Source: Tubiluchus corallicola (lineage: Eukaryota > Animalia > Priapulida). Taken from it: a DNA stretch of 64,000 nt. The position numbers and the translations under genes were made by a program. Positions 25,900 to 38,669 of this stretch are shown piece by piece. The DNA is taken from positions 6,140 to 70,139 of the forward strand of contig JAQGDQ010001015.1 of the NCBI GenBank assembly GCA_030141605.1. The letters are read 5' to 3'. The notes under the pieces are model-generated. The model was not told the DNA's origin. It saw only the letters and a program-made list of their open reading frames with translations, and made no database searches. Positions within the stretch are counted from its first letter, which is position 1. Each line of letters opens with the position of its first letter.

Positions 25900-28500
25900 G
25901 GGTTATTTTAGGGATAGTATTAATACCATAAATGATACAGGTATGAAATGTATAAATTTATTACATCAGACTTTATTTTCTTATGATATTAATTCACAGA
26001 TAACAATAAGAATTTTCAATGCTGTCATCAGGCCTCAATGTTCGAATGCTTCAGATATATTGTTACCACATTTTTATAATTTTTGAAGAATAATGAATAT
26101 TAAATTTGCAGACCTTTTCATAGGGACCTGTTACAGGGAGAGTTGCCTTAGCCATATTCTCTGTTTCTATCTATCGTAAAAATAAACTGGAAACACAACA
26201 GATGAGTTTTTCAGAGAGCCACTCATCTATTTAGTTGGAAGTTTATATAGTGCATAACTTTCATCGCACTCTTCACGTAATCATTCAACTTTTTCTGTTG
26301 TTCTCAATAAGTGACAGAAGATCAAAAGCAGTTCCATCTGAGAGCACACAGAATAAAGTTTTGTTATTAAAGCACAGGTGTGTTCTATTATTTCTATTGA
26401 CGTTAATGCTTGAAATAATATAGCACCCTGGGAGACGTGCAACGTGATGTTTTGCTAAGATTGAAAGGACTACAATGTATTTTCAGATTTGAAAGCTTTT
26501 CAAAGTGTTTGTATTGCAAACACAGGGGTAAAAACTGGTTTTCCTTATTATTATAATAAAGGGTGAGACTGCGTAATAATAATTGCTGTTTGGATAAGAC
26601 GGAGAATGTTTAGAGTGCTCAGCCACCTGAACAAAGAGTCTTTAAAAGTGAAATTCTAAAATTCAAGTTCTGTTATTGATTTTGAGCAAGGATGAATTGC
26701 TTTCAGTGGTTCTGAACTAAAGAAAAATATTTTTCTACACTTTAGCTTCTTGTGTAAATTAACCACACCTGAACACCTGGGAAAAGATGCCAGGGAAAGA
26801 GTTAAGAAATACCACTCAAACATAGGCGCCAAAGAATTGAACAAACTGAATGGCTTAAGATTGGGAAAGATTTTGGGGCATTTATTAAAATTTTGCTAAA
26901 CCTGCAGATACTGTTACACGTAAAACTGCTTTCACTGGATATTATTGAAATTACTTGGCACAAAAAAATTGTAGATTATTTCAACGTCATTTCAAGTTCT
27001 GCCATTGATCTAAACATGTATTAGTAGTTTCCTGTACACAAATCCAAATCCAAGGTACGCAAATGTTTATCTTTGAACAATTTTCGCTTTGTGTTGGTGG
27101 TTAAGAATATCTTGTGTCAATATATTAGCCTGAGAGTCTAGAAAAAGATGCCTGGTGAAAGAGCTAAGAAAACAAAGCAGAGTGTTCACACACTTGAATT
27201 TCAAAAGTCTGCATTCCACACCTGAGAGAGAGAGAGAGTTAAGAAAACAAAGCAGAGTGTTTACACACTTGAATTTGAAAAGTCTGCATGCCACACCTAG
27301 GAAAGAGTTAAGCAAATAAAGCAGAGTGTTTACACACTTCAATTTCAAAGGCTGCATTCCACACCTGGGAAAGATTTAACAAAGAAAGCAGAGCAAATAC
27401 AGACAAGACTAATAATATTCTACGTACAACATTCCACTAAAATTGACAAAATCTTTTCTACAAAGAAGTGTGAAGCAATAACCATTTCTCATTATTGCCT
27501 CAATACGTATTGCGTATGTCTTAGTATCACTTTCTGCACAGGAGAAACTTTAAACTCCAAAATACCAACATTCTTTTAAATTCTTCATATTTAATTCACG
27601 ATAACTAAACGAGCAAGACAAAACACGAAGGTTTGGGAGATGAACACTTTCTTTGTGAAGCAGCAGCAGGTTCTAGTAGATCAAATGGAAAGTATGAATG
27701 AGATTAATTATGAAATTAATCCATCACAGCAGTATCTCAATGCAGTTACCAATTTTTGGGGTAGCTGATTTAATCATTGCTTTGCAGAGTGATGCAAACT
27801 GATTCAGTGTTCTGTTTCTTTATCTAAATAAAATGTTTTCATTATTCGAAAAATCAATATTGCCGAGGAAATTCTGCAACAATTTGAGCAAATAAGCCAC
27901 ATGGATACATTCTTTTGAGGATTATACCTCGAGTGAAATGAGTTTTGAACTTATGATTTATAGACACTGATTCGCGATCAAGAAGTTTGCAAAAATATTT
28001 TTCAAAGTCACGCCCAATAAAAGCACTTTCAAATTCAATACGTCTATATTTGGTTTAAAACATGGATGAATATTTTACTTCTTTGTGTTAAACTGTGAAA
28101 AAGTAATTTACCAGATTTCAGAATTCTTAAGTAAACTAGTCACACCCTGTTTACTGTTTAAATGCTGGAAAGAATGAGCTGAAAGACAGAGAATATTATC
28201 AATAGACTGGAGAATATTTTTTGTTTGGTTAAGCTGCCACCCTGGCACTCCCGGTGAAAGAGTTAAGAAAAGACTCATAGCAAATAGAGACAGGAGTATC
28301 AATAGTCTGCAGAAGCTTTTTGATTAGCTAACCTCGGGAACCCCAGTGAATGCTAAGAAGAGATGAAAAGCAAATGCAGACAAGAATGTCTACAGAATAT
28401 AAACTTTTTAAAATTAAATCATCACCCTGGATCACCATTGAAAGAATGGCAAAATACTTCAATTGAGTTAAAAGTACCGGATTGTAATCACAAATGATCC
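25900..28500 (-). pseudogene. Longest colinear TLR-like LRR ectodomain pseudogene
   Basis: The minus strand reads LSAHSFQHLN (~28150), NFLGNIDFSNNE (~27850) and HLPNLRVLSCSF (~27630), then 23-aa repeats VNTLLYLLNSFLGVACRLF (27140-27390), then the segment homologous to 1-620. Many stops and frameshifts. Confidence 0.6.
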
Positions 28501-28519
28501 GAGCAGAATCATGTTTATG

Positions 28520-28760
28520 ACGTGAAGTATTGAAAGTTATACTTATTGCTATGAACAACATGCTTCAAATGAGCTGTACCACTAGGCACTAACAGATTAT
28601 TAACTAAAATTACCAAAATTTAATCTCCTTTGCCAAAAGAGAGCTTATCATGTCAAATCATTATCATGTCTTATCATTGAGAGCCCACAGGTAGAGGTGA
28701 CAGAACAAGAGCAAGAAAATAAATTTTGGAAAATGCAGAAAAGTTTATTAAAAGACTGAA
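28520..28760 (+). pseudogene. TIR C-terminal-like remnant
   Basis: LKVILIAMNNM ... IIESP...EQENKFWKMQKSLL resembles the TIR betaD and YxEWP...FW (box 3) motifs. Confidence 0.35.
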
Positions 28761-30404
28761 AATAATGTTACGAAGGCAGATTATGACCAACCCCCTAATG
28801 TTAGTAATGGGTATGGTTGAGAAGCCCAGTAATGCATATGTACCTGTATAAAACAGAATGCATGCCGTAATTTGACGATTCCAACCTGGCCTTTCTGTCT
28901 GTAAAGGTGAATGCGGTAAGTTTGCTGATTTTTATACAAAAGTCTGTTCACATGTCATGGGGTTACTGGTTGTGCATTAAAGTTTATTTTACATTCGTAT
29001 TCTTTTTACTTTTCTCGTCTGCTGTAAAGTATTTCATAACTTGTATGTCGCTCTATACATCCTGAGACGGATCCGCGCTGGAACCCGGATCCATTACAAT
29101 AACATGGAAGATTTTAACATTTGTGCGAAACAGCTCAAATCCAATGTATAAACGAAGATTCCTGTGCAACAACCCCGATTGATTGAATAAATGCTATTGC
29201 AAATGTTTGACACAATAACTCTTTAGAGCCTCGGTAAATTACGTCACAGTTTGTTGTGAAATACTAAACATGAATGAATAATTTCCTGCATGTTTGTGAA
29301 GTAATGAAATGTATTTCAACAAATTCACACTTTTGCAAATACGTAAAACCTGGAAAAAGATGCCAAGATAAGTGTTAGGAACATCTATAGATTAAAATAA
29401 ATTAAATGGATTCATAATTTTTCTTACTGAACGTATGCGCTGTTGTAGAGCTGGTAAAAGAATACTCTACGAAGATTTTGCTCTTACAAAAATAGCAGGG
29501 CTAAAAATACAAAAACTGTTTGTTCCAGAAAGCTTGAAATAGGTACTCGTGGTGCACTGTAATTATTCGTTTACTTGGACAAGCAAAAATTTGAAAAATT
29601 AAGTTTATTTTAGCACCCCCCAAAAAAACAAAGTTTTAACAGCTGTGTACATACGTTCTAAATTTTGCCAAACTGACTTTTTGCACTTTGCAATAGCTGA
29701 CACTATGTGAGCAGCTAGAATTTAGTCACTCGTGACAGTTCAGTGGCTCGTCTTACGGGTAAGAACAAAACCTTATGTGCTAAACTTTCATGCCTTCAAT
29801 TTCAATGAAATATAGAAAAGTAACGATCAATATGCAACTAAATCATATAATGAAATAAGTTCTGTTGCTTTCTTCATTTTCAGTGTTTGTATATTTTTTT
29901 TTGCAAACCAATGGATAAAAGATTTGCTTCAATGCCACTCTTTAGCTGAGGCTATTATTAACACGTCAAGGTAATTTTTGTTGCACCTGGGCGTGCATTC
30001 ACAGAAAGTAACAGCAACCATGGCAGCTAGCGTTGAACAGTTTTTTAAGCAGATTTGATGTTTCAGATGCATAATATCCTTTCTGAAAACCTTATTAGCG
30101 ATTGAATGCAAGTTCTTACATTTGACACTGATGACAATGAAATTATTTTGAACGATAATTCATCTGACATTGCATGAAGAATATAAAGTCTGTTTAACTA
30201 TAATTAGTTTGCGTTTATTTGTGTTATGCTAAAAAATTGCTAGCATTACAATAAAATTGCGATTTTTTTAATTGAAATTAACATACAGCTTCAACAGACA
30301 AGCAGATACAGTTAACGGAGAAACGGTGACAGTAACCTGTTAGATGCGTGTTAGATGCTGATAGATTAATTAATGTAGAAAAATGCATCACAGGCATGAT
30401 GTAC

Positions 30405-30754
30405 TGTTGTGGAGATCGCTGGCATCTATTAGAATTACATAGAACGTTGTATAATGTTCTGCTAGAATGATCGTCTTACCGTGTGGAACGTTCTGGAACA
30501 AAACTTCTGGAAGCTTCTTGGGCACGCTATATAAGGAGAAGCAGGCTGCTGAGACGGGAGCACTTACACATTCTCTTGTATACTTACATTTTCAGATACA
30601 CTTAAACGTTTTCCAGATTTTTACATTTACTGTAAACATTTCGCATTCCTTCATATTTTTGTGTTGTAGAATTCTCGCTTAATAAACTAATTTAACTTGA
30701 GGGCGTGTTTTCTGGTTTTCTCTACGAGCCTTTCAAGAGAAACAAAATACAACA
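30405..30754 (+). mobile_element. Solo LTR (350 bp)
   Basis: Perfect TGTTGT...ACAACA termini; flanks tgtac/tgtgc (5-bp TSD with 1 mismatch); TATATAAG at 30528; AATAAA at 30681. Confidence 0.8.
30485..30518 (+). promoter_or_regulatory. Two perfect three-pentamer heat-shock elements just upstream of the LTR TATA box
   Basis: gGAAcgTTCtgGAAc and cTTCtgGAAgcTTCt. Confidence 0.6.
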
Positions 30755-30919
30755 TGTGCCTATGTTCAAAGTCAAGAGACTTAATATTTCTGGCTCCTTG
30801 AAATTAATTTCGTGGAAAAATAGCTGCTGTTTTGAAAGTTTGTGTTTATAAAAAATGAAATCAATTTACCTATTTATTCGACAATAGTTGTTGTGTCATT
30901 TTGTTTAGTTTACTTTACT

Positions 30920-32205
30920 TATCACGACCCTTTTTCTCGATAGATAGATCGTGTAGTTTATCTAGCCATATCGAGTGATCGTGAATTAATCGTATAGTTT
31001 TATAGATTGTGTAGATTGTACAGATTGTATAGATTCGCTTCCTGTTCGCTATAAGGTGATTGATCGCTTTTCAGTCACCTGACTCCGAGGGCTTTAGTTC
31101 AGTCTATCAGGCGGTGATGCTGTCCTTCAAGACTTTCACTTCGACCTTGCGTTGTGAGTGAAGGTCTTCTTCCCTCAAGTTATCGAGCGTTGCTCCCGCA
31201 ATTGAGCTTTCTTTAGTACAATGCGAATCTCTCAAGTTCGTATCTAGGATTTAGTGTTGCTTTACTGTGAATGCTCTTAATTAGACAAGAACTCGTTATC
31301 TGCGTTACTACAGTGAACGACTTTATTCGATTACAAATTACACGTTATCTACTAGCTTTTCTTTACACGATTTGTCCTTATATGCCAGTGGGCGCTTACA
31401 ACTAGAGTATAGCTCCTAAGAAGATGCTATTCACTTTAAGTAATAACAGTTCGATATGCTGCACTGAAGGTGCTTAGTACAATGTGAATGCTACAGTTAT
31501 ACAGATTTAGACTCAGATACAAATAAGTTGAAGTCACTTAACTTGTGGATTGACCAATGTACCCTTACACTTGGTCAAATCCTGATTGCTTAACGAGACC
31601 ACGTCGCACCAGTGCTCAGTATTGGCTAAGAATGCAGAATCCAATCCACGCTGGGCTAAAACGCTGCTTCTGTCTTCTAAAAGTTTGTCCCGGACACACG
31701 GTGTGGTAGCAAGCCACTTGTCAGACTCCCTCGCTCGGTTGGTATGTGACACTCGTGTCGTGTCACCCCGTTGTGTGCTTTTCGAGTCGCACACCGTCGT
31801 ATGTAATTATCTAGTCTCTTACCAGAGTTTATATTTCTGAGAGCTGACCTTCGATGATATTGCACCATATGGCAACATCTGCAGCATCTGCTACCTCCCG
31901 TCAAGAGACTTCTGATTTTACAATCAGTAATGACTTCTCTTGAATTCCATCATCTTTTGAGATATTCCTACCGTCGTCGGCAAATTTTCAGATTTCTCTC
32001 TCTAATGTCGCTGAGCACTGATAGAGACCTTGGCTGCTATCATAAAGTTACTTCTACGCGACATCTAAATCGCTCTAGAAGCTCTCTTAATTAGCTCTTA
32101 CTCTGCATGTATCCATTTAAGACAATAGTGTCTTCCTTAGACAAGACACCTGCATTTCTATAACTCCCTAAACAAGACACCTGCATTTCTATAACACGTG
32201 TGACA
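30920..32205 (-). mobile_element. Probable solo LTR (~1.29 kb, Gypsy-like termini)
   Basis: The minus strand starts TGTCACAC and ends GGGTCGTGATA (one change from ...GTGACA). Minus-strand TATA-like and AATAAA motifs at ~31380 and ~31325. No TSD found. Confidence 0.45.
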
Positions 32206-33569
32206 ATTCTGTCGCATTAAATTCGGACTACCAGCTGGGTGAGTTTCTCCGTCAACCGTGTAAATTTATCTCATGAAATCAGGGAGGCGTGAGTTTATCA
32301 ACTGAATCTAATTCAGCTGATAACTCCATTAATTATCTTCCAAAATACATATTCATAAATTTATTCACAACAACATAAACAAAAGTAAATTAAAGGGGTA
32401 AAAATTTAATTATTTACTCAATTGATCATTTAATTAATTACTTAATTAATTAGCAGCTAAACCTTGTCGGCTTAATAATACCTAGACACAAAAAGATGCA
32501 AATACTACAGAGAGTTATTGTAAGCATTTTTGTGAAATGCTGCCTGAACATTTTAATGAAGCGATCACTGATTACGAAGAGTAAGGGAACGCTAACTCTC
32601 TTCTCCCAACTCTAATTTCTTATTAAACTTATTCACTTTTTTACTCATTCTATAGTTAAGTTAATGCAAACACACTAAGACGCCGTTTCCTTTTTTCCTT
32701 AAAAACAATCAAATTTCATTTGTAAAACGTGCAGTAGCACTGTAGGCTGTTGATTAAATTTTGGTATCCGCACTGTACAGGTTCCTAAAGTATAGGCTTT
32801 ATTTGTGCAAGGTGTTTCGCACACGCATTTAAATTGGAAATAGCCAGTCAAATGCTGTTTTTATATAAACTTTATTTGTTTTAAATGGTATTATTACCGA
32901 TTGGAGTTTTCCCTCTGTGCAACAACGGCATCTTATTCGCGCACAGATATACATCTGATTATCAAGAAAATAGTGGCGTAGTTAGTTCAAAAACGCAAGT
33001 AATACATCAGTTAACACTTAAATTTGAAATATACAAAGCCCACAGAAGTACAGATGCGATGCCAGATACAATTATCAATGTACATAATCATATTAGTTAT
33101 GTAATCCTATGATCCCATAATCCTATACACAAGTGTGATAGGCTCAATAATTGGTGCTTAAATCGAAAGTCTAAATACAAAATAATTCAGGTTACAAATC
33201 AATTACACTTACAATCAATTAGCAAAACGTTTAGCAGACATCACGCAGTTCTGCAAACACTTTGAAGAGAATGCCTCAGGAATGTATGACCTGCTCTGTA
33301 TTTATGAAAAATGTTGTTGTAAATGATAGCAGTTTTAGGATTGTCGTGTAATTCTTGAGTTATGTACTGATAATAATCGAGTTTGTCCAATAATAGTGCT
33401 CTGCATATGTCATGGCATGAATACTAAAAAAAATGGCGAGGAGTCTCAGTGGAATTGTTGCAGCTGCAGGTCATCGATAATATTCCTGGAAAACAAATCA
33501 TCTTTTAATTGCGAAAAAGTGGCAATAAAACTATTAGTTGAAGTCTCTTTACTTCGATCATCAATATAA

Positions 33570-34325
33570 GTGGGGCTTACTGATTCAGTACGAACTCCCC
33601 ATAGGTTCAGCAATCTACTTTTAAAGGCAAATAGAGAAAGGAAAGTTTGACTGTTTTCAATTGGTAAATTATTCCGTTGGTGTATGCCTTTTTTGGAAAA
33701 AACTATTATAGAGCTGTCGTGTAGACTTTAAGAGAAACGGGAAGCATAATGGCTGTTGGGACGGAATATTTTTAATATTTCAATCAAGTATTGAGGAGCC
33801 TAATTATAACATATTTTTTGGATTATTCGATCAGTTTGCAGTTCACTCCTCATTGCACACCAAGCATTATGTTAAGATTTTGTTTGGCTCGAACCCTTCA
33901 TTGGCCCAGACATTAACAACAGTTCGATATGTCACACTTTCAATTCTAACGAAATTTGAATTTGAACAACTTGACCAAATCGCATATTCTATAGCAGGTC
34001 TAACAAATGCATCATACAAAGTAATTAAGTTACAGGTACATAGATTATATTTTAGTAGGTAAAGTAAGTTAGAATAACCTGCATACAGCTGCATAATGGC
34101 AGATATTTCATCACGCCAGAAACGTCAATGGACGCATAATTGATCCTTGGGGGACTCCTGCCGCCATGTACTTCCATTCAGAGACAGATGTCAACCGTTT
34201 GGTGACAATTATCTAAATAGCTTTTAGCCAGTCTAATAGCGGTCCTCGAATGCCAGCTGCATATAGACAAGTTGAAAGACACTTCCATCATTCCAAACTC
34301 GACAGAATGCTTTGGATACATCTAA
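33570..34325 (-). mobile_element. Decayed LINE RT fragment
   Basis: LDVSKAFCRVW, GIRGPLLDWL, AGVPQGSIMRPL and LYDAFVRPAIEYA, with internal deletions. Confidence 0.8.
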
Positions 34326-34459
34326 TTGTTTACTTTTAGCTTGAAATTTACAAATCTTTTGTTGTTGTCGCCCCTTTCTGTTTGCAACTTTTCTTGTCAT
34401 GTAGATATTTAGTAATATTTTCTTCAGAAATTAACTCAGTTTTTATCATTCCAGCTTGT

Positions 34460-34770
34460 CATTACGGGTGGCAGAGTTTTTAAGGTAATGGACTGTGGGT
34501 GCTACTTTGCTGACAGCCCGTGTTCGAATCTTACGACCGCCTGTATTGGCGCACACAATGTTTTATCTGTGTTTATTATTTGTGGCACAAAGTTGTTGAA
34601 CATAACCCGTGTAACATTATTTGTAGACCTGTGTTTAGGTGAATAATGTTATGTTTGATTTGTTTTACTGTTCCTGATGAAGCACAGTGTACGTGAAACA
34701 CGTGGAAGATATTAATAAAGATGTCTGTGAAATATAATTAACGTAAAACCATTGAGTTTATTTACATTGT
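34460..34770 (+). mobile_element. tRNA(Ser)-derived SINE-like element with a degenerate hammerhead-like 3' region
   Basis: The head acgggtggcagagt..ttaagg.aatggactg resembles the tRNA-Ser 5' end. B box GTTCGAATC at 34522. CTGATGA at 34674 and GAAACACGTG at 34695, then AATAAA at 34714. Confidence 0.55.
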
Positions 34771-35149
34771 TCTCTGCTTAAGCTTCAAAACTTCAATATG
34801 GCATAGAAAATTCAGAAAAGTGATACTCAGTTGTCAAAGCTTAGGATTAAAACTAATTATGACACCTTTTCTTTCCTCATTTCTTCCTCCAATCTCAAAC
34901 AATGACTGCAAACCTACTTTCTTGGGTAATTAAAGTAAACTGTAAAGTTGCACTAAAGTAAACTGTCAAATACATAACTGTTATAAACCATTAGGTAAAT
35001 AACTAGATGGAAACAGATTATTGATGATATGACGCAATTGGAGGGACCGAATTATTAGTATTAGTACAGCAAACATTGAACAGTTTCAATAACATCATGT
35101 TTGTAAGTGAAAATCTTCGTTGTTTATCATTCCTATCACATAGTCGGCT

Positions 35150-35970
35150 TTTGGATTAAAAGACTTTAAAAGGTTCTTAATCTAAAATTCACCCGAAATG
35201 ATAGGCAGTATATTAAATTGTGTCGTATTTGCAGTTACCTAGAATCACCTGATAAAACATTATGTAGGCTTATAATACACAGCATCTCACATGATTCGTA
35301 CGTCATGGAGGCTTGAAAGTGTTTCAGGAAGTGCAGTTCGCCGTGGTCATGAAACAAAAAAAAATTACAAAACATTCATTGTTTACCCGAAGGTTTCGTA
35401 TGTAAAATTTTCCAGACCAATCACCGTGCTTAAATTCAATTGTGAATTTCTTCAACGTAATGTCTTCAAGCCAGTAGTGAAAAAGCTGATGAAAGATGCT
35501 ATGGCAACAGTAATTATTATGTACTGAGAAAACACAGTGCGTTAAATGCGACCCAGATGGAGCAATGCATTCCTCAGTTAAAGCACAAGTCAACCAAGGT
35601 GTGATGACCCTGATCTTGCATTTCCTATAGGGGAATCAAAGAGGGGCATGCGGCGTTAGTTTTACATCTCATAACAGAAGGGGGCTAGTATGATAGTCAC
35701 TAAATGTATTGAATCAGATCGGCCTAAGGCGGATGTTAAAAATACGGGAGACTGTGGCCTATTTGCACTCCATACGCTAATGGATCTGAAGAGAAAGAAA
35801 GCAGACATTAAAATAATTAATCAAACAATTTAATCATCAACAAATCCAAATTCAGTTTGACAAAAGTTCAGTAATAACAAAGATATAGCAATATTGACAA
35901 AGCTTATGGTTAGTAGGGTAAATACGTTTGCATGAAGTTCATGTCTGCCCACTACGTACTGGCTTCATTT
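35150..35970 (-). pseudogene. Decayed intronless class A (rhodopsin-like) GPCR, copy 1
   Basis: ANVFTLLTISFVNIAISLLL (collapsed TM1 GN / TM2 NLAxxD), hydrophobic YIIITVAIASFISFF, and NLIYCLSFRVNFR..F (TM7 NPxxY plus helix 8). Stops and frameshifts throughout. Confidence 0.5.
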
Positions 35971-36819
35971 CTAGATATATAACATATTCACTTATCAAAC
36001 CATTAATCATATAACATCCTTTAATTACCGAACTACTAATCATACAATTTTAACATTTTTCCGATTCTCTTTACTCACCTTTTGTTTCCTCATTTACTCC
36101 TCCAATCTCAGCCAGAGACTGCAGACCTACTTGCTTGAAAGGCATTAAAGTAAACTGTCAAATACACAACTGTTGTGAACCTTTAGGTAATTCCAAATAG
36201 ATGGAAACAGAAAAGAAATGTCTGTGAATCTTTGCAGAACAGATTTTGTAAAAAGACTCTGCTTGTGCTATTTTTTAATTAATGTGCTTCATTAAAAGAA
36301 ATTGTTTTCTTCGTACCAGAATAAAACAAGAACTGAACTTTAGTTTAAACTTACTTTTGAACAATCAAAATGTTCACTGTTTATGTCAAAAGAAATGGGA
36401 AACTAGAAGTCACACGCCACGCAATCACATGAAGTCTAACGAATTGATATTTTTTGAAGTTTAGTGATTATGACATTATCTGTTTTGATTTTGATGTTTC
36501 TCAGTATATTGACCTGCACATCTGAACTTATTAATTTTCCCAAGTCCTATCATTATGCAAAGTTTGGTTATTATAGCTTCTTCCACTGTGTGAACAGGTA
36601 ATCACAGAGAGTTTCGACTAAACGACATACTCGCACTCTGACAACTGACGGCAAATGCAACAAGTTTTCTTTGAGGTGTTTAAACTACTCTAACGCTTTT
36701 GGAGGGGTCGAATTAGCAGAATTGATGAGAAAGTAGTATAGCAAATGTTGAACAGTTTCAATAAAATCATGTTTCTAAGTGAAAATCTTTAGTAATTTCG
36801 TTGGTTATCATTCCTATCA

Positions 36820-37470
36820 CAGAGTCAGCTTTAGGATTAAAAGTCGTCAAAAGGTTCTTATTCTAAAATTCACCCGAAATGATAGGCAGTATATTAAATT
36901 TGTCATATTTGCATTCCCTAAAATCACCTGGTAAAACATTCTGTAGGCTTATAATACACAGCATCTCACATGATTCGTACGTCATGGAGGTTTGAAAGTG
37001 TTTGTGGAAGTGCAGTTCGCCGTGGTCATAAAACAAAAGGATTACAAAACATTAATTGTTTACCCGAAAGTTTCGTATGTAACATCTTCCAGACCAATCA
37101 CCGTGCTTAAATTAAATTGTGAGCTTCTTCAACGTCATGTCTTTAAGCCTTACAGAAGGGAGCTAGTATCATAGACACTAAATGTACGGATGCTGATATG
37201 GCCTAAGGCGGATGTTAAAAATACAGGGGATTATGGTCTATTTGCACTCTATACACTAATGGATCTGAAGAAAAAGAAAGATCAAATGGCAGACATTAAA
37301 ATAATTAATCAAACAATTTAATCATCAACAAATTCCAAAGTGATTCAGTTTAACAAAAGTTCAGTAATAACAAATATAGCAATATTGACAAAGCTTTGGG
37401 TTAGTAGGGTATAAACGTTTGCATAAAGTTTACGTCTGCCCACTATGTATCTAGGATTTTTGGAACACCT
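36820..37470 (-). pseudogene. Decayed class A GPCR, copy 2 (tandem duplicate; ~34860-35960 vs ~36075-37450)
   Basis: High nucleotide similarity to copy 1. Reads VILGNANMTNLIYCLSFRVNFRIRTF*RLL. Lacks ~200 bp present in copy 1 and has a ~480-bp insertion at ~36210-36690. Confidence 0.5.
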
Positions 37471-38669
37471 TTCCTTTAAAGCGAACAGTTTGTAGAACGG
37501 TAGCAATACGTCGTAATATAACCTCTGCATTTGAATACAGTTCTGATTCCAAACTTCGTCAGAGAAACTACCAATTAGTCTTTACCCAGCAAGTAGCATC
37601 GAAGAACATTAGGCTAGTACACGTGATGTTTACGTTATCAGTGCGACGTTAGTTACGATCGCAACAAAAGCGAAAAGTACCTGTTACCACCCTGGATGTG
37701 GTTCTGTAGTAGGTCGATCTATCTGTCATTCAGTGGCAAACTCCACTACTGCAGATTGCAAGACAGTATCTCTGGGAAAACTCTGGTTGACGACTACAGG
37801 TTACACCAACTAGGCTATCACAGTATCACCATGTACATTACACACCATATCTTGTGTGAAACTTTCTAGTACAGCATTTCTCCTCAAAAACTTATAACGT
37901 CACAGAGACGAGTAAACGACCTTTCTCGTTCTGTGTCAAGTTGCTGTCTATCTCTAAACAGTGTTGAACGCAGTTCATCGAGAAGCCACTCGCTTAAACA
38001 GCTATAATTTTATTCACCTGTGCACTATCGTTAACCTTGACTTAGCCACTGAATTACAGCTGCGATAGGGCAGACAAGAGTGGGTCAGACGGAATCCAAA
38101 AGGGGGTTTGTTAGTAGGTGCCTACATCCTAACAAAATATCAATAATTAACAATACAATTAACTATCGCTGCCAGTAGCTAAATATCGTACATATCAATT
38201 AATAAAACATGAAGTGTGAATGGGGCTTAATGTTGCATAAGCATAATGTGAGAACTATTAAATGTATACATCACTAAATCACGAATCCATTTTCTATTAT
38301 GAACCAGAATGGTTCCGTCGTGTGCACCAATGAGTTCGTTTGCTTCAAAAAAGTCCACAAAAAACAATGGCTGACTTTGACAGCGATTTTCTCAAGATTA
38401 TGTTTCTCAGTGCGCAGCCTGTACCTCAACTTCAATGTAGATAGATTCAGCTTAGAAATAACATAGAGCGATGAACTTGGCATCAAAATGATTCTCACGA
38501 AATGGAGATTCATGATATGTGAATAACTAGAAATGTTTAATTGTCGACATATGGTCGATTTTGCTATGAAAGCACATAATTATTTGTGTTAGTACAATAT
38601 CTGAAGAAGATTAAGCAAACAGTACATATAAAATACCATTAGGATGAGGGTAATGGTTCGTGTACAACC

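Noticed and set aside
34460-34540. Functional tRNA gene (also 60500-60574)
   Set aside because: A and B boxes are present, but the acceptor and anticodon stems do not pair properly. These are SINE heads.
35060-35100. Third FkbM remnant (17-nt match gaaactgttcaatgttt to the first methyltransferase)
   Set aside because: No flanking similarity or other FkbM motifs. Likely chance in AT-rich DNA.
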